From NCBI GenBank assembly GCA_029259415.1, contig JAPDIW010000005.1, forward strand, positions 13,805 through 77,804: 64,000 bases of DNA. Direction: 5' to 3'. This document shows, piece after piece, positions 37,834 to 45,262 of the stretch. The notes beneath the pieces were generated by a model. That model was not told the DNA's origin and made no database searches. It worked only from the letters and a program-made list of their open reading frames with translations. The translations under genes and the position numbers were made by a program. Position 1 is the first letter of the stretch; every line of letters starts with the position of its first letter. This DNA comes from Archaeoglobi archaeon (GTDB lineage: Archaea; Halobacteriota; Archaeoglobi; Archaeoglobales; Archaeoglobaceae).

Positions 37834-39228
37834 CTACTCACCTCCCTCCTGCCTCCAGACGACAAACTTCAAAACTCCAGCAAGAACCGCCAAACCCACC
37901 AAAATCTGAGCCCAAGGCTCGTTCAGGTACTCGTACCAGCTTCTCTCCTCCGACAGGTTGAGGTTAAGGGCGTTGTTGATTGCCTTGACAGCGTTGATCT
38001 GCCCGTACTCGACCTTATCATCCGGATCGCTTATCTCGTCCGTGCTCAGCTTGATCAGCGTCTCTGCTTGGCTAGGCGTGATGCCCTTCTCAGCTTCAAC
38101 CAACAAGAGGACACCAGCAATGTGAGGAGCTGCAAAGCTCGTTCCGTCTCCGGAGTACAGGTTTCCGTCCGACGACAGCACCGGAACTTGAACGCCGGGA
38201 GCTGCTACCAAAGCCCCGCCGTTGCTGAATGAAGCGACGCTTCCGTAAATGTCCGTCGCAGCGACAGAGATGACGGTATCGTAGGCCGCAGGGTAGAGCG
38301 ATGTAGCTCCTCCCGAGTTTCCGGAGGCTGCCACAAGGATGACGCTCTTGCCGTACAGCAGATCACAGAGGGTTTCAAGCTCTGGTGGGGCTAAGTCAGC
38401 TCCCAGGCTCATCGACACGACATCTATCCTCTCACCAGCGTTCACTTTATCGAGAACCCACTCCAGGCCTGCTATTACGTCGCTCCAGTTCCCCTCGCCG
38501 TTATCGTTCAGAACCTTGAGGGCATAATAGCCGGCAGAGGGAGCCACGCCCGTATACTTGTCCTCTCCCTCCGCCAGGATTATCGAAGTGCACTCGGTGC
38601 CGTGGCCGTAAACGTCGTCCGGCTCCGCGTCGCCGTAGGCGAAGTCGTAGCCTCCGAGGTAGCCGTCGTCGAGGTCTGGCAGGTTGTGATTGACGCCTGT
38701 ATCCAGAACTGCCACAACTGCACCTTTGCCGGTGAAGTTCGATCTGTGGGCGATATCTGCCTTTATCGCTTCGAGATTCCAGCCCAGATCCTGAACTACG
38801 GGCTTAATCGGGATCTGGGAGAGGGTATCAGCGAAGCCTACCGCCCTGACCCTCTGGTCGTAAAGAACCTTCTGAACCCTCGGGTTTTCGAGCAACTTTT
38901 GGAGTTCCTTATAGTCCCCCTCCACGACGGCCCAGTTCGCATACTTGCCAGCCTTGATGACCTTGAATCCCTGCCTTTCCAGCTCAGTAGCATTAACGCC
39001 GCTCACGAACATTCTAACCGGCTTCTTGGGATTCGTGGCGAACTTCTGCTGCAGAACTGGGTCGAGCTTCTGGTTCTTGACTTCCTCCTGTTCTATCTTT
39101 TCCTCAAGCCACTTCCCGAAATCCGGTACGTGGATGAGCGGCGGGTCTGCGATGTAGGCCGCGTAAACGAATGCCGCAAGTCCGAGGGCTGCGATTGCAA
39201 TTCCGAGGAGCTTGAGATCGTCGCCCAT
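37834..39228 (-). CDS. Subtilisin-like S8 serine protease with N-terminal anchor, prodomain and C-terminal TM
   Basis: Triad motifs VAVLDTG, YGHGTEC, GTSFAAPH; oxyanion AASGN. Confidence 0.95.
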   Translation of the reverse strand: MGDDLKLLGIAIAALGLAAFVYAAYIADPPLIHVPDFGKWLEEKIEQEEVKNQKLDPVLQQKFATNPKKPVRMFVSGVNATELERQGFKVIKAGKYANWAVVEGDYKELQKLLENPRVQKVLYDQRVRAVGFADTLSQIPIKPVVQDLGWNLEAIKADIAHRSNFTGKGAVVAVLDTGVNHNLPDLDDGYLGGYDFAYGDAEPDDVYGHGTECTSIILAEGEDKYTGVAPSAGYYALKVLNDNGEGNWSDVIAGLEWVLDKVNAGERIDVVSMSLGADLAPPELETLCDLLYGKSVILVAASGNSGGATSLYPAAYDTVISVAATDIYGSVASFSNGGALVAAPGVQVPVLSSDGNLYSGDGTSFAAPHIAGVLLLVEAEKGITPSQAETLIKLSTDEISDPDDKVEYGQINAVKAINNALNLNLSEERSWYEYLNEPWAQILVGLAVLAGVLKFVVWRQEGGE

Positions 39229-39229
39229 C

Positions 39230-39478
39230 TCACAACCTCCCGAGAATCAGATTCCAGATCGGGTTGAAGATCAGGTAGCCGGTTAGCCACCAGATGAGCA
39301 TGTAGAAGCAGATATGGGCAGCCACACCCACTATGGTCTCGCTCTCGGACCAAGCGTGCTTGGCTGACTTCCACATGGCCAGCAAGAAGAAGATGAGCGA
39401 GAGTGGGCTCAGGCCGGTGATTATCTGAAGCTGCGTGAAGAGGTTGACGATGCTGCTGAAGAGGTCGGCAACGGTCAC
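39230..39478 (-). CDS. 82-aa membrane protein
   Basis: GTG start overlapping the upstream stop; 2 TM. Confidence 0.65.
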   Translation of the reverse strand: MTVADLFSSIVNLFTQLQIITGLSPLSLIFFLLAMWKSAKHAWSESETIVGVAAHICFYMLIWWLTGYLIFNPIWNLILGRL

Positions 39479-39654
39479 TCTCTCATCCCCCTGATCACAT
39501 CGATGAAGACTCCAGCCCCGGCGGCGAGGGCCGCGTAGTTCAGCGCCTGGTTCATGAACCACTTAGTGAACTCCTCGTAGCCGAACTCCTTGATGTAAAC
39601 GAGGCAGAGGCAGACGAAAAGGCAGAGACCGAGGAACGTGAACGTGGGCTTCAT
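39475..39654 (-). CDS. 59-aa membrane protein
   Basis: MKPTFTFLGLCLF...; RBS GGAGG. Confidence 0.65.
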   Translation of the reverse strand: MKPTFTFLGLCLFVCLCLVYIKEFGYEEFTKWFMNQALNYAALAAGAGVFIDVIRGMRE

Positions 39655-39974
39655 CGCATCGCCCCCAGGCTTACGGTTATGTTCGCGAAGTTCCATGCGA
39701 CGACTGCTGCGAGTATCGCCGTGCAGAGCAGCAGTCCCTTCTTGGCGAGGATTGGGTTCCTGCTCCTTAGCTCGTAGGCGATCATGACGACCAGACTCAG
39801 GCTCACACCCTTCGCGAAGAAGAATGCCTCCGGCGAGTGCTCGTAGATCGGGTTCAGCTCGAAGCCCAAGCCGGCTTCGATGGCGTATATCGTCACCGCC
39901 GCGTCGATGGCAGAGAGTACTATCACGCACGTAAGCAGCAGGCTGAAGCCGACCCAGGTCTTCAAAGCGTACAC
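39651..39974 (-). CDS. DUF5658-like membrane protein
   Basis: AIDAAVTIYAIEAGLGFELNP motif; 3 TM. Confidence 0.7.
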   Translation of the reverse strand: MYALKTWVGFSLLLTCVIVLSAIDAAVTIYAIEAGLGFELNPIYEHSPEAFFFAKGVSLSLVVMIAYELRSRNPILAKKGLLLCTAILAAVVAWNFANITVSLGAMR

Positions 39975-39986
39975 CTCCGAGAAAAA

Positions 39987-40508
39987 TTAGAGGATGACTC
40001 TGATGATCCCCATGCCCACCTTTATTCCGACCGCCACCCCCACAGGGATTATCAGAATCCCCCAGAGGAGCGTATCGACGAGCAGGTTGTTGAACAGCGG
40101 CGGGCAGCTCTGCTTCACGAAGAGGAAGTATCCTGCCACATAGCTCATGTAGCCCTCGTAGCCCGTGACGTTGAGTGTTATGGTGTCCGTTGCGGGGGAG
40201 GTTTCTATCGTGATTGTGCCCGAAGACTTGTCCACGTGGAAATATGCGTTATCCTCTCCCTTGTTGACTCCGTCAACGAGGATTGAGTAGCCTGTGCCAT
40301 CGGCAACCCTCACGAAGATTGTATCGCCGTAGTGGACTTCAACATCTGTGAAGTTGGTCGTGTAGCTCCCTTCCAAGCCAAAAAGCCCTCCGTTGCACAC
40401 TTCGAGGGTTGCGGCTGTGGCGTTGACAATGGCTGCCGTGCTGACTGGAATCCATGCGAGCATTAGAAAAATAAGGAGTTTTAAAGCTCTCATTCCAGCC
40501 CTGTTCAT
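39987..40508 (-). CDS. Secreted protein with C-terminal TM
   Basis: Signal peptide ending STA-A; beta-rich domain; TM. Confidence 0.75.
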   Translation of the reverse strand: MNRAGMRALKLLIFLMLAWIPVSTAAIVNATAATLEVCNGGLFGLEGSYTTNFTDVEVHYGDTIFVRVADGTGYSILVDGVNKGEDNAYFHVDKSSGTITIETSPATDTITLNVTGYEGYMSYVAGYFLFVKQSCPPLFNNLLVDTLLWGILIIPVGVAVGIKVGMGIIRVIL

Positions 40509-43333
40509 AGTACCACCCTTATCAGCGTCAGCACCAGGCTCACTACGATGAGTCCGCCTATGAGCAGTATGAACGCCCACAGAATGCTGTCTATCGCTTG
40601 GTTACCGAGAATCGGATAAGCAGTTGCGAGCTGTCCGAGAAATCCGCCGAACCCCGTGGTGGTGCCGACCTTCACGGTAATCTCGTTCTCAACAGTCTCC
40701 CCGGTGGCCGAGACTGCTGTAACGTTGTACACCCCCGCCTCGTCGAACGTGTAGCGTGCGGGATCCTTGACGAAGGTTGCAGTCTTGTTTCCGTTGATGT
40801 ACAGCTCTCCTCCCTCTGCGACGACTTTCCCGTTCTGCAGGATGGCGAACTCCACCTCGGAGCCAACTGGTAAGGCGACATCGCCGAACTGCCAGCTCTT
40901 GAACCACTCGTCTATGCTGTCCCAAGCCCAGTAGAGCCCGTAGCCCATTCCTGCTCCTATCGCGGCTCCGGGGATTGCTCCGATTCCTCCGCCGAGAATT
41001 GCTCCGATTACTGCTCCTATTCCAGCTCCAAGTCCGGTTGAACCCATCGTGTTCTCGCTGCTCTGCTCTGGCACTTTAACGAGCTTCCAGCTGAGGAGGT
41101 AGCTGTTCGGGTCGACGACCTCTATGTAGGCTATGTCCGTCAAGCCGTTGTACTCCGCCCTGAGCGTGTAGTTGCCCGGGTCAACGAAGTCGTAGTCCAG
41201 CCAGGCCCCGAAGAACCAGCCCCTCGTCTCGCCAATCATCTCCCCGTTAAGATATATCGGCACGTCAGCCAGCTCGGCTCCGTGCTCGTTCACGACGCTG
41301 ATTTTGCGTTTTCCAACCCACACAACCTGCCCGTCTGCATCGCTTCCGTCTATCCTCAGCTCTATCCTTGTTGTTGTGAGGTCTTCACCCCCATCGTCGT
41401 CCAGGTCTCCTGATGGCTTGAGGTAGACCGTAAGCTCGGTGTCAGCAGAGAACTGCCTGTCCTCAATCAGCTTGTTGCTGTAGTCTCCTGATGGGTCGGA
41501 CACATGGATGGTGTAGCTAACTCCCGAATCCACCGTCAGAACTGCTGTACCATCCTCCCTGGTCACCTTCTGCTCCACGACAGAGCCGCCCTTCAGCAGC
41601 GAGACCACCACACCCGGGATGGATTTCTCCGAGTGCTCGTCGAGAACCCTGACCGTGAGGGTGAGGCTCCCGCCGTCCTTGTCAAACTCGTCTACATCGC
41701 TGTAGACGTAAACAGTCCCAGTTCCGGTGCGGAGCACTCCTGAAGAGGTGGTTATCTCCGCATAGACCTCGTGCAACCCCACATTGTTGAAGGGATAAGT
41801 AAGTTCGGGGTCGGCATCCCCTATCCTTTCTCCATCGACAAGTATGACACTCCTCACAGCCTCCTTCTGCACCCCGTTGCAGACCTTGACTGTCTTGAAT
41901 GTGACCTTGCCCCCTACCTTGACGGACTGAGGGGAATAGATGAGCGTGTACTGGCATCCGTCCTCATCCGGCTCGGTTCTCGGGTAGTCACCGTCATCCG
42001 CTCCCCCGTTGACGTCGTAGGTCTCGTTCAGAATCGTAACGTTTGTTGCCCTGGAGAGCTCGTCACCGATTTTGGCGTAGACGTAGTGCTCACCTGCAGA
42101 GTCGACTCTGATTACCGCCTGCGGAACGTCTGGGTTAACGAGGTCGTCAAAGAAGTCGAAGAAACCCCAGTCGTCTGGGTCTTTGGTTTTAACTCCTGTT
42201 GATTGCCCGTCAACGTATATCTCAGCCCCCTCAATCCACTCTGGGTCGAGAGGATTCCACCATGCCTTCTGTGTGTTCTTGACCTTGACGATTATCGGCT
42301 CGTTGACCTTGGCTGTGTACTTGTCCAGAATGCAGATGTACTTGCTGTCGGGGTTGCCGTAATCTCCAGGCTGTTCTGGCTGCTCCTCAGGGATTTCCTC
42401 AACCGTTATCACTCCCACCTGGGTGTCGTTGTAGTAAATCTCCACGTACCTGGGAAACTCTGCTACCTCGGCAGCGAGGGAGTGCTCTGGTTCTGGTGTG
42501 CTGTACAAAACATCTCCGCTCTCGCTCTTAACCACAAACTTGAACTTCTTCCCAGACTCCTGAGACAGATAGACCCAATATGTACCCCCTAAATCTCTGA
42601 CCGAACCGTTGAAGGTCACAGAGTTCATTGAGGTGTAAACCTTGACGCTTGCGTGGTCTGGGATTGCTGGGGAGCTTCCGCTGCTTTGCGAAAGTGATAT
42701 TGATACTAAGCTGAGAGTATCCTTGACTATCGTTTTGTCGTTGTAAATATCGCCTATAAACTCACTGTACCACTGCACGATAGGTGTCCCCCAACTCGTG
42801 TACCCGACAATCCTGTACTCCTTAGCCCTTACAGTTATCGAGTCATCTGCAACTTTACTCCAGTCCACGTCAAAATAAATGTCCATCGTGCACGGTTCAA
42901 ATCCAACGTAAATCGTCGCTGTGCCGATTTGCGTTTTATCCGAACCCGTAACCACCCTTCCGTCCAACACCCAGGGCCCAGTAACATATTCTAAACTCGA
43001 TGTGCCGGCACCCAGTTCTGCCCTATAAACTTTATGTTTGCATGAGCTGGCTGGATAGATTATTTCCAGCTTGCTGATTTTTCTGCCAGCCAATCCACTT
43101 ATCGTAATCGCATTCTTCTCTACTATCCCATAATTCCAGCCTGTAAACTCTATATGCCTCTCAGTCGTTGACGAACTCGTGTTGGCCTCGAAGATTCTCT
43201 CGTAAACGTCCCCAGGGAGGTAAACCGTCTTGCTTATCTCTACAGTCGTTAGAGCGTCAACTTCTTGTGCCGACGCTGGAACTGCCGTCAGTGCAATAGC
43301 CACTATGCAAAAAAAGAGAAGAAAACGCTTCAC
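40505..43333 (-). CDS. 942-aa surface/spike-like protein with signal peptide, repeated Ig/PEGA-like domains, glycine zipper and C-terminal TM
   Basis: PASA signal cleavage; IYVDG, ILVDG, IYLNG, LYING repeats; many NxT/S sequons. Confidence 0.85.
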   Translation of the reverse strand: MKRFLLFFCIVAIALTAVPASAQEVDALTTVEISKTVYLPGDVYERIFEANTSSSTTERHIEFTGWNYGIVEKNAITISGLAGRKISKLEIIYPASSCKHKVYRAELGAGTSSLEYVTGPWVLDGRVVTGSDKTQIGTATIYVGFEPCTMDIYFDVDWSKVADDSITVRAKEYRIVGYTSWGTPIVQWYSEFIGDIYNDKTIVKDTLSLVSISLSQSSGSSPAIPDHASVKVYTSMNSVTFNGSVRDLGGTYWVYLSQESGKKFKFVVKSESGDVLYSTPEPEHSLAAEVAEFPRYVEIYYNDTQVGVITVEEIPEEQPEQPGDYGNPDSKYICILDKYTAKVNEPIIVKVKNTQKAWWNPLDPEWIEGAEIYVDGQSTGVKTKDPDDWGFFDFFDDLVNPDVPQAVIRVDSAGEHYVYAKIGDELSRATNVTILNETYDVNGGADDGDYPRTEPDEDGCQYTLIYSPQSVKVGGKVTFKTVKVCNGVQKEAVRSVILVDGERIGDADPELTYPFNNVGLHEVYAEITTSSGVLRTGTGTVYVYSDVDEFDKDGGSLTLTVRVLDEHSEKSIPGVVVSLLKGGSVVEQKVTREDGTAVLTVDSGVSYTIHVSDPSGDYSNKLIEDRQFSADTELTVYLKPSGDLDDDGGEDLTTTRIELRIDGSDADGQVVWVGKRKISVVNEHGAELADVPIYLNGEMIGETRGWFFGAWLDYDFVDPGNYTLRAEYNGLTDIAYIEVVDPNSYLLSWKLVKVPEQSSENTMGSTGLGAGIGAVIGAILGGGIGAIPGAAIGAGMGYGLYWAWDSIDEWFKSWQFGDVALPVGSEVEFAILQNGKVVAEGGELYINGNKTATFVKDPARYTFDEAGVYNVTAVSATGETVENEITVKVGTTTGFGGFLGQLATAYPILGNQAIDSILWAFILLIGGLIVVSLVLTLIRVVL

Positions 43334-43352
43334 AGCTCCTCGCCTCCCGCTG

Positions 43353-43748
43353 TTAGCTGGCGGACTCGTTGAACAGGAAGGTCAGGGTTGCTATCGTGTC
43401 CTTCGTGATGGTTACGTTCTTTGCGAGGGTGACTGAGTTCCACTCAGCCTGCACCTGATAGTCACCCACATCTACATCGCTGAAGTAGGCCGTGCCGTTT
43501 TCATCAGTTTGCTTGAGCAGCTCGGTCGACAGGATGCTGACGGTCACGTTGGCGAGCGGGACATCGTCGGTCGTATCGGCCGTCTGCATGGCATCGTAGC
43601 ATAGGACTTTGAGGTCGCCCTTGTCGGCGAACCAAGGGATGCGGTCGGCTGTCTGCTCCCACCAGCCGAGGTAATAGCCGACGCCAGCTATGATCAGCAG
43701 AACGCCGAAACCGGCAATCGCAACCTGCTTGAGCTCCATCCCCATCAC
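43353..43748 (-). CDS. TM-anchored carboxypeptidase-regulatory-like beta-sandwich protein
   Basis: PLANVTV...TDENGTAYFSDVDVGDYQV. Confidence 0.8.
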   Translation of the reverse strand: MMGMELKQVAIAGFGVLLIIAGVGYYLGWWEQTADRIPWFADKGDLKVLCYDAMQTADTTDDVPLANVTVSILSTELLKQTDENGTAYFSDVDVGDYQVQAEWNSVTLAKNVTITKDTIATLTFLFNESAS

Positions 43749-43749
43749 C

Positions 43750-44328
43750 TCACCTCAGTCCCTTTGCCCCCAGAACCGCTATACCGACGCCGAGCAGGAA
43801 CAGCAGCACCGGGAAGAACGCCTCCAACTCGTTGTCGTAGCTAATGGTAGCCAGCGGTGCCGCAACGCTCAGAGCAGCGAGGTTCTTGGCTTCGACGCCG
43901 TAAGCCGTTGCGCTGGCAGAAGTGAACGGGTAGACTTCGACACCGCCGATCAGCTCGATCTCCTTCCCCTTGAAGTCCTCGACCACGTAGCCGGGAATTA
44001 CCTCTTTTATCGTCTTGTCGTCGGTTATGTCGTAGATCGTGCACGTCACGCCACTGCCCGTCTTCATCGCATCGCAACCCTTAACCCAGTCCGGACTGAT
44101 CGAGAAGTAGCTCGGCTTGATAACTATCCTCGCCGAGATCGGATAGGACGTCTTCGGGTCCAGCTTGATCGTCACGTAGTTGAGGTCGTTGACCTCTACC
44201 GGGTCGCTCTGCGTTACGGTTACCGAAAGGGCCGTGTTGCTCTGCGTCACCACTCCAGCACTCGCCGGAACCGCAGCCGCAACGACCAGCACAACCAGCA
44301 CTCCCAAAATCCAACCGGTCTTCACCAA
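43750..44328 (-). CDS. Signal peptide plus C-terminal TM protein, candidate major envelope protein
   Basis: VPASA cleavage site; second gene of the operon; strong RBS GAGGTGA. Confidence 0.8.
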   Translation of the reverse strand: MVKTGWILGVLVVLVVAAAVPASAGVVTQSNTALSVTVTQSDPVEVNDLNYVTIKLDPKTSYPISARIVIKPSYFSISPDWVKGCDAMKTGSGVTCTIYDITDDKTIKEVIPGYVVEDFKGKEIELIGGVEVYPFTSASATAYGVEAKNLAALSVAAPLATISYDNELEAFFPVLLFLLGVGIAVLGAKGLR

Positions 44329-44334
44329 ACAACA

Positions 44335-44523
44335 TCACCTCGCCTTCTTTTTCTTCCTACCTCCACTATTCCCCTTCCTACCTCCTCCACTCTTCCCTTT
44401 CCTCTTCCTCCGCTTCCTGAGTTCGCTCATCGGCACCTCAACTACCTGCATGGTGCCTCCGGGCCCCTTCTTGAAGTGGTAGCCCATCCCCTTCTTCTTC
44501 CTAAACTGCGCGACCACTCCCAA
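44335..44523 (-). CDS. 62-aa highly basic protein, candidate nucleoprotein
   Basis: K/R/G-rich; TTG start after GAGGTGA. Confidence 0.7.
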   Translation of the reverse strand: MGVVAQFRKKKGMGYHFKKGPGGTMQVVEVPMSELRKRRKRKGKSGGGRKGNSGGRKKKKAR

Positions 44524-44547
44524 CCGGTCTCACCTCTGCAACTTTTC

Positions 44548-44652
44548 CGGGCCGGGGGATGGTGGCGGCGGGGTAGCTAACCGAAAAAACAAAAAAGTCC
44601 AACCCGTCTCCGCAAGGCAACCAGTCTCGCATGCTATCCCCGGCCCGTTTCA
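44548..44652 (-). ncRNA. Structured 5' leader of the structural operon with an internal U-tract
   Basis: CGGGCCGGGGAT...ATCCCCCGGCCCG closing stem; TTTTTTGTTTTTT inside; TATA at 44675-44682. Confidence 0.55.
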
Positions 44653-44674
44653 GTAAATAATGTGATAAAAGGAG

Positions 44675-44906
44675 TATATAAAATATGTAACTTTGTCCCC
44701 TATTTTTTGATGATGATTAATCCTGCCCTTGTGTCCACATCTATCTCCAAATAGTCTCCTTCACTCCATCCTAAGAGCTTCAAAACCGCGCTCGGTATAG
44801 TTACGCTTAGACTGTTTCCGGTCCGTTTCAACTTTACTTTTAATTTGTTAGCACTCATGTTTTACTTTTGTTCTAACGAGTATAAGAACAGTAAAGCTTT
44901 GTCCCC
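44675..44906 (-). promoter_or_regulatory. Two promoters sharing GGGGACAAAG-N8-TATA
   Basis: Motif at 44691-44700 and 44897-44906, each 8 nt from TTTATATA or TTCTTATA. Confidence 0.7.
44700..44858 (-). CDS. AbrB/MazE/SpoVT-like regulator, 52 aa (missing from ORF track)
   Basis: MSANKLKVKLKRTGNSLSVTIPSAVLKLLGWSEGDYLEIDVDTRAGLIIIKK. Confidence 0.88.
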   Translation of the reverse strand: MSANKLKVKLKRTGNSLSVTIPSAVLKLLGWSEGDYLEIDVDTRAGLIIIKK

Positions 44907-45262
44907 GAAAAATTTAAGCCGTGCACCTAACTCATGACTTTATGCACGGTCCGGGCCCTCTTATTTCGAGTTCTAATCCCTCTCGTAACTTTCAGCACGG
45001 CATCGAATTTTATAAACCCTTCGTTTAGTTTTTTCTGACTGATGTTTGGTTATAGCAAAGCGAGATTGTTTGTGATGTAGAGGCCGTCAGAAGGGAGATT
45101 GAGAGCACTGAAGAGCTACAAAACTTCACCAATTACCAGAAATTGCAGTGGAGAAGGGACCAGTATGAAAAACGAAGATTTTAGAATGAATAAACATGCT
45201 AATTAACTTTTCGATAATTCTTTTTCAGTAAATAATTTAAAATAGAAGCTGCATTATCAAAC

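Larger units (their letters stand above)
20300..44950. mobile_element. Integrated virus-like element (provirus), left end truncated; boundaries approximate
   Basis: Abrupt change from housekeeping genes to orphan micro-ORFs, Zn fingers, AbrB/RHH/wHTH regulators, a polymerase exonuclease fragment and a membrane-protein plus ATPase operon; visibly GC-richer blocks; no att repeat or integrase identified. Confidence 0.88.

Noticed and set aside
20320-44938. AACCCATGAC (20320) versus AACTCATGAC (44929) as attL/attR cores
   Set aside because: Only 9 of 10 bases match, the reconstructed attP/attB are not symmetric, and joining the ends does not restore the polymerase.
20300-44950. Casposon or pipolin interpretation
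   Set aside because: No Cas1, no tyrosine recombinase and no terminal inverted repeats were found; the polymerase fragment is too short to classify.
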